Positions 51,265 through 64,000 of a stretch of 64,000 nucleotides of DNA are shown piece after piece. The translations under genes were made by a program, and so were the position numbers. Origin of the DNA: Octopus bimaculoides (taxonomy: Eukaryota). Every line of letters begins with the position of its first letter. The stretch's first letter is position 1. Under the pieces are notes generated by a model that ran no database searches, was not told the origin of the DNA, and saw nothing but the letters and a program-made list of their open reading frames with translations. Where the stretch lies: the NCBI RefSeq assembly GCF_001194135.2, contig NC_068997.1, positions 2,479,493 through 2,543,492 on the forward strand. The letters are read 5' to 3'.

Positions 51265-52130
51265 AGAGATAATGATACACAGGTGCGATAGTGTGATACA
51301 AGTGTGGAGATGATGATAGCGATGTGTTCACCCTCACTGATATCTCAAAATGAAGCAGAAAAGAAAATTATTGTATGAGAGGTTGGTGAATGAAGAGAAT
51401 TTGTGGGAGAAAAAGATGGAGAGGTGGGATAGAAAGAGAGGGTACCCAAACAGATCTGAAGCCAGGACAAGTAACCAGACCACAGGTACAGGCACTGAAA
51501 ATTATCCAGTGAAGTTAGACATGTGGTAATCCCTCATATAGTTAATCAGATAGTAGAGGTGACATATGCAATGACTGGTATAGTAAATATCACTATCAAC
51601 TGTTCCAAGGAGCAAAGGAAATGGCTGAGAAAGAAACAACAGCAGAAGCCATCCATAAAGGATAGAGCAAGTTATGAAAGTTATGGGAAGAGTTATAGCA
51701 CGATTAATTAGAAAGAAAATAAGGGAAGCTGAGATGAAGTTTATTTTGTGCCAAGACAAGGTAGCACCGATGTCCTCTTCCTTGTGAGGCATTCTTCATA
51801 GGAGGTATTCTTAGCAAAAAGTATTTGTTGACCAGAAGAAAACTTTAGACAGAGTACCATGCTCTGTGGTGTTGTGGTTGTCAAGGGAACTAAGTGTAAA
51901 TGGTTTGGGAGTCAAACAGGCAATGTGTAGAAATGTTACCAGGAAGATAAAAGTACAGATGTTATCATAAAGACAAGAGTCAGCAATGAATTTGAAAAGA
52001 AATTTAACACCCAACTAGATCTGCATCTGGGACCAGTTTGCAGCCCTCCCTCGTTTATCAGAGTTTTCCAGTCAACAGTAGGTGAGTCTAAGATTGACCA
52101 TCCAGTTTTAAACTCCTCTGCAAGAAAATA
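51265..52130 (+). pseudogene. Heavily decayed RTE LINE reverse transcriptase N-terminal half
   Basis: Frame-shifted motifs VIPHIVNQIV, KVMGRVIARLIR, STDVLFLVR, DRVPCSVVLW, SPPSFIRVFQ follow RTE RT subdomain order. Confidence 0.75.
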
Positions 52131-52984
52131 TCAATAGGCCAAAGAGCAAGTTCTCACAAAATAATCTGTTGAAGAATGCAAAAAATACCCAACAAGGAAG
52201 CAAAACTTAGAACTAAATGGTTTGAAGATGAATCTCAATACAAAACTTTTAGTTGAATTTTAGTTTTTGCTTGTTTTAGTCACTGGACTGTGGCCATGCT
52301 GGGGCACTGCCTTGAAGGGTTTAGTAGTACAAATGCTTCCCCTGTCCCAGTACCTATAAGTCTCTTAAGCTGAAAAGCTGAGTTATGGAGGCATGAACAA
52401 ACTAACCCCTGACTGCCAAGCAGTGGAAGAAGAAAACACGCACACACACACACACACACATACTGTTAATATTGAATGAGAATGAGTGCACGATACCACG
52501 TTCATGGATACAGATTATTTGAGTATTAAGGCTACCACTGGTTTCATGTAATGGGATATCTCAGCAATTATCCAACCCTATGACATAGAAAAGTTGGTGT
52601 GTATATAAATAAATATATATATATATATATATATAATATAGAATATTAATGGTTTCTTATTAGGAAACCAATAGATTTTATACAGGGCTGCAAGGAGAAG
52701 TGCTCAGAATAACTGAGACAAGAGTAAAATATTAGTTAAAGAAGAAAAAGACTGGGTTAACGACTCAAACATACCACACCCCCTCAATGAACATATAGAA
52801 GAAGTACAGCATAATCCGTGAAACATAAGGAATAAGAAGAAATAACACAAGAAGAAATAATGCAAGAAGAAATAATAAATAAATAAAAATATAGCATATA
52901 GTATAACATTTTTATACATGAATATATATAAACAAAATGGACCAGCCTATGTAAATAATTGGAGGACTGTCTTTTGTCGTCATA

Positions 52985-53144
52985 TTTGTTTCACCTATAT
53001 ATGTCATATTCAGGCCTTTACAAGCACCTTCCATGCATTTTATGCTGTAAACTACATTTCTATTTGTGCAGTTAATGCCAGGGCTAATCCTACATACCAT
53101 GCAGTTATCATTGGTACATATGGTATTCTCAAAGGGGTGCATCC
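52985..53144 (-). pseudogene. Penelope-like element GIY-YIG endonuclease fragment
   Basis: HPFENTICTNDNCMVCRISPGINCTNRNVVYSIKCMEGACKGLNMTYIGET: CxxC motif followed by NVVY...YIGET, the PLE GIY-YIG signature. The upstream part is lost in an N gap. Confidence 0.85.
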
Positions 53145-53590
53145 NNNNNNNNNNNNNNNNNNNNNNNNNNNNNNNNNNNNNATATATATATATATATATA
53201 TATATACAACAGACTTTCATATAATTTCTGTCTACCGAATTCACTCCTAAGGCATTGGTCAGCACAGAGCTATTGTAGAAGACACAAGCCAAAGTTACCA
53301 TGCCATAGGATTGAAACCAAAGCCAAATAGCCAGACAGTTAGCTTACTTCTATGCCTGAAATCAGAATGCTTTTGCCACCTGGCAAGTGGTCATGATGAT
53401 AATTGGACTATGTAGGAATTCCATATAATGTACTCAATATTAACTCTGAGTACACAACCGGAGGATTGGGATCAGAGACGGATTAACAGATAAAAGGAAT
53501 CTCATATGTAATAAATACAGACAAGTAATTAGCAGTTAGAATGCACATGAAATAAATTCTTTCAATTATTAATGAAATTTTCTTGCATTT

Positions 53591-53604
53591 GTTACCTAGG
53601 TAAC
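53591..53604. promoter_or_regulatory. Perfect 14-bp palindrome matching the RFX X-box
   Basis: GTTACCTAGGTAAC. Confidence 0.3.
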
Positions 53605-53839
53605 CTAATAAGAAGGAGTGGTTGTTTTGAAAGAATAATAGCCAGTGTAAAAATCAAGTTGGAAAAATTTAATGAGCTATTACCTCTGTTAGCAAAAAGG
53701 GTGTTCTTTCGTTGTATGAAAGCCAAATGATATGATGTTTGAAGTGCAATGCTGCATGGCAGTGATACACGGACACTGAATGTGTGAATGTGGACAAAAA
53801 CAATGAGGTAAGTATATATCATAAGATGTACAATGCTAA

Positions 53840-54300
53840 CCCTTTAGTATTTGAACTGTCCATATCCAGCCGAAATATTCCCCCTGTTTAATGTCCAAAC
53901 TGGTTAGATCTGGCCTCTGACACCAACCCTACAAGTCACTCTAAAATTAAACAATCACGTCATTGAAATATTGAAGCTACTGGATAATGCATGATCAGTC
54001 CAAAACAACGGGTGTGATGTGCTGGTACCATATAAAAACAACCTGGTGCCGATACCATGTAGAAAGCATGCAGTATGCTCAGTGGAGTGGTTGGCACTGG
54101 AAAGGACATCCAGCCAAAACAGACTGTGGAACCTGGTGCAGCCCCTGGCCTTGCCGGTTCCTGTCAAGCCATCCAACCAATGTCAGTATGGAAAACAGAC
54201 ATTAAATGATGATGATGATGATGATGATGATAATAATGATGGTAAAGAATGTGAATAAATAAGTATTTCATTTGACATAAATAATCTGAATGCTGAAGGG
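53840..54300. mobile_element. piggyBac-type MITE (TTAA target, CCCTTTAGCATT termini) split by an RTE-tail element at 54009-54242
   Basis: CTAA|CCCTTTAGTATTT ... AATGCTGAAGGG|TTTAA. Other ends at 32603-32619, 39281-39296 (AATGCTAAAGGG|TTAA), ~33770, ~38530 and ~11196. Confidence 0.72.
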
Positions 54301-54339
54301 TTTAATGCATGTGACATGTTGAGTGGAAAACTGTGTAGA

Positions 54340-54660
54340 GAGAAAAACTAGATGAGGAGGAAGCTGATGTTGGGTGTAAGAAAGGAAATTGAGCTGGTGC
54401 AGCAGATATATATATGATGGCTGTGGAGGAGAGAAAAGGAGAAGGGAAAGGAAAAGAGGAGGGGAGGAAGAGGAGGAGAGATGGAGGGAGAGGATGTGGA
54501 AAGGAAGGAAGGGATGAGATGGAGAAGGAGGCAGAGGGGAAGGGATGAGGAGGGAGAGATGGAGGGGAGGAGGGGAGAAGGAGAAAGAGAAGGAAGGAGG
54601 AGGAGGAAGGGGGATGATGGAGGAGGAGGAGGAGGAGAAGGAGGAAGACGGCAGTTAGGA
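54340..54660. repeat. Polypurine GGA/GAA-rich tract
   Basis: Directly visible; ORFs 54302-54880 and 54481-54726 are artefacts of it. Confidence 0.9.
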
Positions 54661-55808
54661 AAAGATGTGACAGGAGACCCATGTGGAAGAAATGTACAGA
54701 TGAAGAAGAAAACTCATAGGACCTAAGAAGAATTGGTGAGGGCCAACGGGGATGATGAGGGGTTGCAATATATGGTGCGATGCTGTATAGAAGACGTATC
54801 CAACCCATCAAATTATGGGAAAGTAGGTTTAATATTTTGATGATAATGAGGATGACAATAATGACAACGAACATAAACAATTTGTAATAAACGAGCTAAA
54901 GCTATGCCGCAAATATATCTCAGCAGGAAGCTTAGGTCTTACTTCAACAACACCTATCATAATGTGACAGAAATTAAAATATATAGCTTAACCGAACAAA
55001 GGTCTATTTGGCAGTAGCAGAGAGCAGCTGCACAAGCGGCATCACAGAGATGACACAATCACAAGCTAATCTTTATTAATAAAAATGACTGTATATTGGA
55101 CTAATGAACTAAAAGGCTGCCAGTTGTGTAGAGGAGCAGTTCGTACGTCTCACAAAGCCAGATAACTAAATCCCATCCGATGCTGAAGATTGGCAAGAAA
55201 AACTGCGAAGAAATGGAGACGTTACTGGAGCATTTCAAATTCTGAGAATTTATTAGCAAACAACATGGAAGAAGGAATTCTATCTTAATGGTTAATAATG
55301 TATATATCAATGATATAATGGATGTAGGTTGGGGAAATAGTCATACTTAAATACACACACATATGGTGATGATATATACATACATAGAAATACATGCATA
55401 TAGGCATGTGTAGGTGTCTAATCTATCTATCAAGCTCTCTCTCTCTCTCTCTTTCTGCTATATTGCAATACTACACAGTGGCTGTGTGAGTTATGAAATC
55501 TTCGTCCCCACTGTTATATTGTACGTTCAGATGATCTCTACTCAACTACCCTGATGTCTAGACTTCTGCCTCTATATCTACGTATTGGGCTAGGCTATTT
55601 CATCATCTGGGGGGCGTCAACACAACACACTCTCTCTCTCAGTATATATATGATAGATACAGACATTGGGTGAGTGGTAAGAAGTTTGCTTCTCAACCAC
55701 ATGGTTCTTGGTTCAGTTTCTTTTTGTGGCACCTTGGACAAATTTCCAAAACCTTGTGAGTTGATTTAGTAGACAGAAACTGAAAGAAGCCTGTTGTGTA
55801 TATATATA

Positions 55809-56000
55809 CAGGGTGTGGTGAATAAATTATTGTCTAAATTGTTTCAAAAATGAAAACAACTCTAGCATTTCATTTTCACAGACATATTTATATAAAATTA
55901 CATAAAAATATCTTGAAATACTAAAGAGTAAATTTATTCAATAAAATTGCCATTGGCTTCAACCACAGCCTCCAGAAGACTTCAGAATCTCCTGCAACAA
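55809..56000 (-). mobile_element. DD37D mariner 3' end plus TIR, inserted at TA within the internal microsatellite of a family B SINE
   Basis: TA|CAGGGTGTGGTGAATAAATT matches the reverse complement of the TIR at 37650-37687; the following sequence matches the reverse complement of ~37500-37650. Confidence 0.85.
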
Positions 56001-56673
56001 GTACGAGAATAAAAGAATATATATATACTTTTTTATCAAGCCCCCAAAAATCTTCACAAACTGTTATTCAGAGTTTCATGTTAATGTTTGTCAGACAGTT
56101 GGGATCACACTAAAATGAGAATTGTGATGGTACATGCTATATAATATATTTTTCAGCTTCAATAAAAAAAACATACTACTCTACCTTCAGTAACCAAGTG
56201 CTATTTCATTCCACCTTGTTTTACAATTATCTGCTTACTTGTATATATACATTATACTAAATTTATAATTATATACATAATTATATTAAAGGGATCAGAA
56301 AAGCCTCTCCAAAATGCTAAAGATAGATGCCAAATGGCATGAAAAACTACCTTATTTCTTCTGCAACACAGGCAAATGAAAAATAATAAATACAACTTTC
56401 CAGTTAATTGTGTATTTGGACCAATTTCGAGCTAAATGCAATGAAATACATACAGCTATCATCAGCACAATATTCTGAAGTATATAAGCACAAATATTTA
56501 TATATGCTCATATGAACACTGAAGCTGCATGACTATATACATACATTTGCACGTGTATACTAGAGAAAGTTGAATTTACATTTTTCATTTCAACCGCGTG
56601 CTTTTTATCAAAATAACCTTGCAGCAAATGTGATTTTGATCAGGAGCAAAAATATTTCTTTATTTTTATTCTT

Positions 56674-56759
56674 TATAGAATTAAGGATAAATTCACTTTC
56701 ATGATTTTATGCTGACCACTTGATAAAATCATTGAAGTGATTTTATCCTTAATTCTATA
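56674..56759. repeat. 86-bp hairpin palindrome (37-bp arms, 12-nt loop)
   Basis: TATAGAATTAAGGATAAATTCACTTTCATGATTTTAT versus its reverse complement at 56723-56759, 3 differences. Confidence 0.9.
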
Positions 56760-57383
56760 TATGTAAGTATGTATATCATTTTTAATCAGTAGAAGTTACA
56801 AAGTGACTCAAGTGTCAGAAGTTTTGTGCATGGCACTTACACATGAAAATGTCAGCCTTCAAGTCAATTTGTAATGCCTGCTGGTTAAAAATGGTTAAAG
56901 AAATATATATAAACTCATGCTTCAAGTTTTATTTATCATGTTTGTACTGTATATCTGAGCAAGCATGGCTGTGTGGTTAGGTTAATTAATTCACTTCCTA
57001 GCCTCATAGTTTCAGGTTCAGAACCACTGCACAGCAATTCTGGATAAGTATTTTTTGTTACAGGTTTGGGTCAACCAAAGGCTTGTGAGTGAATATGGTA
57101 GATAGAAACTGAAAGAAGCCCATGTGCTTGTTAATGTGAGCTCCACAAAAGTCAGTAGCTTCAAACGGTACTGTCATCATCATTTTTCATTTCAACAAAT
57201 TGTCTGCTTGTTTCGCACCTTCAAAGACATGTTATCAGGGATCCCATACTTGAAAATCAGGTAAGATTTAACGACAGTAAGGGGCATCTGTCAGAAAAAC
57301 AATGCCTTAATATATTCATCTAACCCATACTAGCATAGAAAAACATACAAAAATACATATTTCTCCTCTCTCTCTCTCTCTCA

Positions 57384-57473
<90 letters not shown>

Positions 57474-57861
57474 TATGTATATATATACACACACGCGCCC
57501 AAAAGATTAGGATTCAAGTGAACCAGGCACTTAACTGGTAACGCATTGGGTTGGGTCAAAATTAAAATGCTTTGGAGCCTGGTGTAGCCATCTGCTTCAC
57601 CAGTCCTCAGTCAAATCGTCCAACCCATGCTAGCATGGAAAGTGGACATTAAATGATGATGATGATGATGATGATACATATATATATATAGCCATTTTCC
57701 ATGCTTGCATAGGTTGGATAGTTTGTTTTTGGCAGATTTTCTATGGCTGAATGCCCTTCCTGATGCCAATCATCACCTGTTTCCAAACAAAGTAATGTTT
57801 CAGAATGATAAAGGACCACAGCAAGTGGCACTTCGTGTTGAGAGTAACCAGTCCACTCCCA

Positions 57862-58173
57862 AGCCTAGTACTTATTCTATTGCTCTCTTTTGCCGAACCT
57901 CTAAGTTATGAGAACGTAAACAGATCAGCATCGGTTGTCAAGCGATGTTGGGGGACAAACACAGACACACAAACATCTACACACACACATACATATATAT
58001 ACAGATATATACAGATATACGATGGGCTTCTTTCAGTTTCCGTCTGCCAAATCCACTCACAAGGCTTTGGTCGGCCCGAGGCTATAGTAGAAGACACTTG
58101 CCCAAGGTGCCACGCAGTGGGACTGAACCCAGAACTATGTGGTTAATAAGCAAGCTACTTACCACACAGCCAC
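57862..58173 (-). mobile_element. Well-conserved family B SINE
   Basis: Near-consensus CORE/head, CpGs retained. Further copies at 20490-20815 (-), 23918-24290 (+) and 50697-51107 (+). Confidence 0.88.
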
Positions 58174-59974
58174 TCAATATATACATATACATATATATAG
58201 CACATACACATGGAAAGAAAAAAAATATAGTTTTTAAGAACTAATATGTTCTGGATCCTGGCCATTACACTTGACAAACAGACAACTTCTATATTTAAAT
58301 AAACTACCCCACTCTCTGTCCTTGGCTACCATCCTAAACATATATATATATATACACACATATATATATACACACACATATATATACACACACATATATA
58401 TATATACATACACATATATATACATACATACACATGTATACACACACACATATACACACACATATATATATATGCATACACACACANNNNNNNNNNNNNN
58501 NNNNNNNNNNNNNNNNNNNNNNNNNNNNNNNNNNNNNNNNNNNNNNNNNNNNNNNNNNNNNNNNNNNNNNATATATATATATATATATATATAGGGGTGT
58601 GCATGTAAGTGTAAAAGTTATATATATAAAATACACATACATCTACATATTTACATGTCTTATAGTAGGCTAGCTGTGGCCACATTTGGCCACCATCCCA
58701 AATACATACACGCAGTGGACAGTAAAACTAGGACTAAAGTAATTTATAACTCAAATTTGATCAATAAAATTTACATCAATACTAACCAATCTATTGATTG
58801 GTTATAACATTAAATATTTTTATTAATGACACCCCAATGTTTTGACTGTATTATCCCTCTCTCTGGCTATCTACTGACCACTCTGCATATCAAAATTCTA
58901 CTCTTACATTAGTCATATCACATCATTTTTGGTAGAGTGGATTCAATGGACAATGCAGAAGTTTGCTTATTAATCTTGTGGTTTTGGGTTCAGACAATTT
59001 ATGGGTAAATCTCTTCCACCATAGACATTGGTGGATGAATGACTTGAGAGGAATGGTCAACAGAGGCTGTTCCTGTTGTGTAGTAACTTACTTAATCCAT
59101 TGCCTGGTTTTAATACCAGTACCTGGCCCTTGTATTTAGACCTGGTTCTCAAACAAGGGAAAACTTCCTCCTTATCTTAGAAGCCCTGAAAAGCAAAAGG
59201 GATTTATTGACACTACCTTTCCTCTCTAGGCTAATTAAAAAGAATAAATTAGAAGGTAATGAATTAATAGAGTTATTACAGCATTTGAGGCACTTCTGGC
59301 TCTCTGTACCCCAAGTTCAAATCACACCAAGTTCAGCTTTGTCTTTCATCCTTCCAGAGTCAATAAATAAAATACCAATCTGGTATTGGAGTTGATTCTT
59401 CAGTTCTTTCTTTTGTTCTTTTTAATTCTCACACAATCAATCAGCTTCAAGCCAACAGAGGAGTGGTATCATTTTGGCTTATTTACACACCCAAAACTTA
59501 ATTCAATCAGACAAGGCCTTTACCATGATCCATCAATCATTGTATCTGTGTACCCAACCAGAACAGTTCCTCTAACCCTTCAATCCATTTGTCTATTCAT
59601 CTACCCATCCATCCATTCAGTCAGTCAGTCAGCCATCTGTCTGTTTATTTCCTTATCCATCCATCAATCTATTAACCAGAACAGGTGTTCTACTGGGAAG
59701 TACAGTTCACTATTGCGGACTGTAGGGAGGACCACAATATTTATTAAGGGACCACCAATTTCTGTTAAATTCCCGGAATTCAATCCAGTGGTTCCCTTCC
59801 AATAACATTGACCACTGGTTGGGGGTTAATAAAAGATGTGTGTATTTTGATTAATAATTTGTAGATATATACATTAAATGTATATAACATGATACACATT
59901 TTGGGAGAGAAATATATTTGGAACAATGGAGGCATAATTGCTTATAATGTTGATGAAAAGAAAGAGTATGGATG

Positions 59975-60250
59975 AGCTTTTGTGAGAAGTTGCTGAATGT
60001 GAAAAACATATAAGAGAGAAAGACCCCCTTGAGTAGACTCAATTGAGGGACCAGCCATCTAAGTTCACACCAGTATGAGAGATAAAGCAATTAAGAATAT
60101 GAAGGCACTTGTCTTCACCAGGATTTATTGCTGAAATGCTCAAAATATCTGGTGGAGTTGGGCAATGGCTAGTCTTTTGTATTGTCAATTAGGTGATTCA
60201 TAAAGATGCCATGCCTAATGACGAGTGCGGCAGAATTGTTGTAAAGTAAA
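59975..60250 (+). pseudogene. RTE LINE RT N-terminal fragment, copy 1
   Basis: IEGPAI...DKAIKNMK...AEMLKISGGVG...VIHKDAMPND across frameshifts. Confidence 0.75.
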
Positions 60251-60259
60251 TGGATAATG

Positions 60260-60561
60260 GGTAGAGGCACGTGGCTTAGTGGTTAGGCTGTCAGCACCAT
60301 GATCGTAAGATTGTGGTTTTGATTCCTGGACTGGGCGACGCANNNNNNNNNNATCGTAAGATTGTGGTTTTGATTCCTGGACTGGGCGACGCATTGTGTT
60401 CTTGAGCAAAACACTTCATTTCATGTTGCTCCAGTCCACTCATCTGGCAAAAATGAGTAATGCTGCGATGGACTGGCATCCCGTCCAGCTAGGGAACACA
60501 TAGAAACTGGGAAACCAGGCCCGTGAGCCTGGCTAGGCTTTAAAAGGGGTGCATTTATTAT
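60260..60561 (+). mobile_element. Family C-head SINE with V-domain-like body and 10-bp TSD
   Basis: TSD ATGGATAATG at 60250-60259 and 60562-60571; body GATGGACTGGCATCCCGTCCAG; related copies at 11385-11620 (-) and 42480-42745 (+). Confidence 0.8.
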
Positions 60562-62776
60562 ATGGATAATGACAGCTGCAGGAAGATGTGCCAATCTCTC
60601 AAGAAAAATGGAATCTGTGGAAGAGGGAGACATAGAAAAAATTAGTATGAAATGATTTCAAGATGGTGCATCTCACAAAGGAGATAACAAAAGACCATGT
60701 TTGGAAAAAACACAATGAATGAGATGAACTGACCACTAGGATAAGCTTAGTAAAATGAAAGCACTAATGGAAACGGATATATATGTATCTACAGGTGGGC
60801 CTTTCATCCCTTTTTGTACCTGCTGAGTTTCTACCTGTCCTCCTTGTTTATCCAATACTCTCTCATCTCTCTTGCACACCTCCCTATTCACTGTACCTGG
60901 CCACCCATGGAATGTAAGAAAAACTACATCTACCCATACTCAATCCCCCAACTCTTCCACCATCCCTAGTTCTCCTCTCTTCCCCCACTTAGTGTTGCTC
61001 AAGAAATAAAAGGATACACTTCGGATCTGTCAATATCCAATACAACCTTTCTTTTACACCTGTACTGTTTGATGATTCTCCTCTGGTGACATCCACCACA
61101 TTCTTAACAGCTAACATCACTCTCTCTCCCCCATCTCCCTTTTACCAACATTCAGTACATCTCCCATCTCCCACAATTCATCACTCGCTGCCAGTCTTTT
61201 AACAGCATTCATTGCATCCCTTTCATCGTGTTACCTGAATTATTTTCAGAGATTCTATCAGCTCCGTTGGTATCTGATACCTCACTCCCAGCCAGGTCTC
61301 CCACGCTTGCCGACAATATTTTGATGTCATTAGCATCCTCCCCATCACAACACCTCACTAATGATAGATTGCATCACACCCAGTGCACCCCTCCCAAACA
61401 TCATTTCCCCCCACTCAGCTTTCCCTCAGTCTCCTTCCATCACCATCATAATTACTCATTGCTCATACCAACTCCATCTCAGATTCCCTTTCTATACTGC
61501 TAGCCACTGCTTCACCCCCCCCCCCCCATCTTCAGGTCACTCACAACTAGCATCCAATCCACACTCACCATCAACCATTTTACAACTACCTGTCACTCAC
61601 CTTCTCTCTCATTACCACCTACAATTACTCTACCATTACTCCTTCTAGCAACCTCTACCCCTTTTCTCCCCCACCCTCTTCATCCTCCCACATCATCCAT
61701 CCTGCCTTCCACAATCTCCCTCTCTGAACCCCCTCCACTGCATTAGTCATGTTACCCTGCATCAACAGAGACAACATACAACAAAGAGGATCCCTTTAGG
61801 CACATAGTTTCATGGCTTGAGTATTTGGCTCACAATTGTAAGGTTGTGAGTTCGATTTCCAGTGGTGCATTGTGTCCTTGAGCAAGACACTTTATTTCAC
61901 TTTATTGCTCCAGTCCACTCGGCTGGCAAAAATATGTAGTACCTGTAATTCAAAGGGGCCAGTCTTGTCACATTCTGTGTCACACTCAATCTGCCTTAGA
62001 ACTACATTGAGGGTATGCATGTCTGTAGAATGCTCAGTCACTTTCAAATTAATTTCCCAAGAAAGCTGTACCATTAATCATATCAACTGGAACCCGCATC
62101 ATCATAAGTGATGGAGTGCCAGTTAGTCACAAGGTGAATGACACTAGCGCTGGCACCAAGACAAAACACAACCTGTTTACTGGTTGGCAAATGAGAAGAG
62201 ACAATAATGGTCAAGATGGTTCTTAGTGTTGTCTTATTGAGGACTCAACAACCCCTTTGGAGGTGATGCCATGATAAAACACACTCCATAAAGAGGTTGG
62301 TAGGAGAAAGGACATCAAGCCATAGACATTTGTGGTAAACTCTGGGGTCCCGAGGCTGCTACTGTATACCATCTCTGAATACTTGAATCAATGTCTCACC
62401 AGGCAGTGAAGCAGATCTGTAGGTGTTTTGGCCCCTTCCACTGTGACACAAGAGATCCTTGAGGCCACACACCAATGGAGATGAGAAAGCCCTAAACAAC
62501 AGCGTGAGCTGTATTGAGTTAGATGTTGCAACTCAGGGCCAGATGTTTCTAACTATCCTCAATATTTGATCTTGCTACATCATTTGTCCTCACCCTCAGC
62601 CAAATGTGATGGTTTGCTTTCTCGGATAATCTTAATACTATTCAGGTAAGATATGATGATACTCCAAACTTTTAAGTGCAGCAGTTCTGTAGGTGTTTTG
62701 GCCCCTTCCATTGTGATACCTGAGGTACCTGAGTAAACTCCCACAACAGCACAAGCTTTGTTGAACGAGATGTAAA

Positions 62777-63290
62777 GCTTTTATGAGACGTTGCTGAATG
62801 TGAAGAACATATAAGAGAGAAGGACCACCCTGAGTAGATTCAATAGAGGGACCAGCCATCCAGGTTCACAGCAGTATGGGAGATAAAGCAGTTAATGATA
62901 TGAAGGCGCCTGTCTTCATCAGAAATTATTGCTGAAATGCTTAAAATATCTGGTGGAGTTGGGCAATGGCCACTGGCTCAGTTTTACAAATAAGGTCATG
63001 TCTTTTTATTTATTTATTTATGTTCTTTGTTCTTTGAGAAGAAACCTAATTCAAGTTACTTTTTACAGATCACTTTTTACTCACTGTTTTCCAAACCTGA
63101 GAAAAGTAAGTAGAGGGGGAAAATTTTGATTTTGCACTCCACAAAACTTTTTGGGGTGCAAGCGCATCCCCAGTACCCCCAGCACCCAAGCCCATGACAC
63201 TGGTCAGTCTTTTGTATTGTCTATTAGGTGATATAAAAACTAGCCATGTCTAATGACTAACACAGCAGAATTGTTGTAAAGTATGTGGAT
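62777..63290 (+). pseudogene. RTE LINE RT N-terminal fragment, copy 2, interrupted by a ~225-bp insertion
   Basis: Collinear with 59975-60250, including the same internal deletion; insertion at ~62978-63196. Confidence 0.75.
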
Positions 63291-63555
63291 CAGATGTTTC
63301 TGGACCAAGTGCTTCTACTATCCTCAATATTCAATCTTGCTGCACCATTTTGACCTCACCCTTGAGCTACATGTGATGTCTTGCTCTCTCAGATAAACTT
63401 AATTACTAGTCAAGCAAAGAATGATTCTCCAAACCATTCAACAAGAAAATATCGTTAAATATGAGCTACCTCCAGATGACCCAGCACAGAAAGCAGATGT
63501 AAATTGATGTTGATAGCGATAATATTCACAAATGTGAGTGGAGTGAATTTACATG

Positions 63556-63594
<39 letters not shown>

Positions 63595-64000
63595 ATATAT
63601 ATGTATATATATTTAGATACAGAATGTAAATTTACACACATGAAAAGAGTGAGAGACAGAGAGTTATGTAAATTTACACAAATGTATATAGACACCGATA
63701 TGATTTTTAAATATATATTTATGTTCAGACACGCTTGTCTGCCTAAGAGGGCGAATAATTCTAAATAAGAACTGACTAAGACTGCCACAAGCTGTTGAAC
63801 CCATACCAGCATGGAAAGCAGATGTAAAATGATGATGATGTTCTCATTATATAATGCATACATACACACACATACACACATTACACTTACACACACATAC
63901 ACACATTACACTTACACACACATACATATATATATACATATATATATATATATGTATTACATTATATATATCTATTATATAGATTATATATATATATATA

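Noticed and set aside
54870-55290. CpG-containing unique stretch with short open frames (e.g. PSDAEDWQEKLRRNGDVTGAF)
   Set aside because: Weak splice signals, early stops and no recognised homology; at most a possible non-coding conserved element.
59386-59805. 139-aa ORF with a hydrophobic N-terminus
   Set aside because: Starts in a SINE remnant and runs through (TCCA/TCAG)n low-complexity sequence; the signal-peptide look is compositional.

Overview
AT-rich, repeat-saturated eukaryotic genomic DNA from a draft assembly with several N gaps. The repeat families resemble those I recall from octopus (coleoid cephalopod) genomes; this is recognition from memory, not a database result. No host protein-coding gene can be supported, and nearly every ORF in the supplied track is a microsatellite translation or a transposon remnant. 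Recognisable content: three groups of tRNA-derived SINEs (many in head-to-tail arrays or inverted pairs); decayed RTE-clade LINE fragments (RT YTDD motif at ~46.7 kb); three R4/Dong-type REL-endonuclease LINE 3' ends that all finish in (TAA)n; a DD37D (maT) Tc1/mariner relic; hAT- and piggyBac-type MITEs; and a Penelope-like GIY-YIG fragment. The most notable signals not explained by the ORF track are three different minimal type I hammerhead-ribozyme motifs (one with an intact core at 19352-19409, one mutated at 44085-44132, one inverted pair at 47494-47637); a 1.29-kb multi-SINE composite bounded by a perfect 18-bp direct repeat; an unclassified 559-bp element sitting in a TAA microsatellite; two near-perfect TA-flanked palindromes; and a CTCF-like motif in a CpG-retaining island. 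SINE/LINE boundaries are approximate (+/-10-20 bp) unless a TSD or TIR is quoted.
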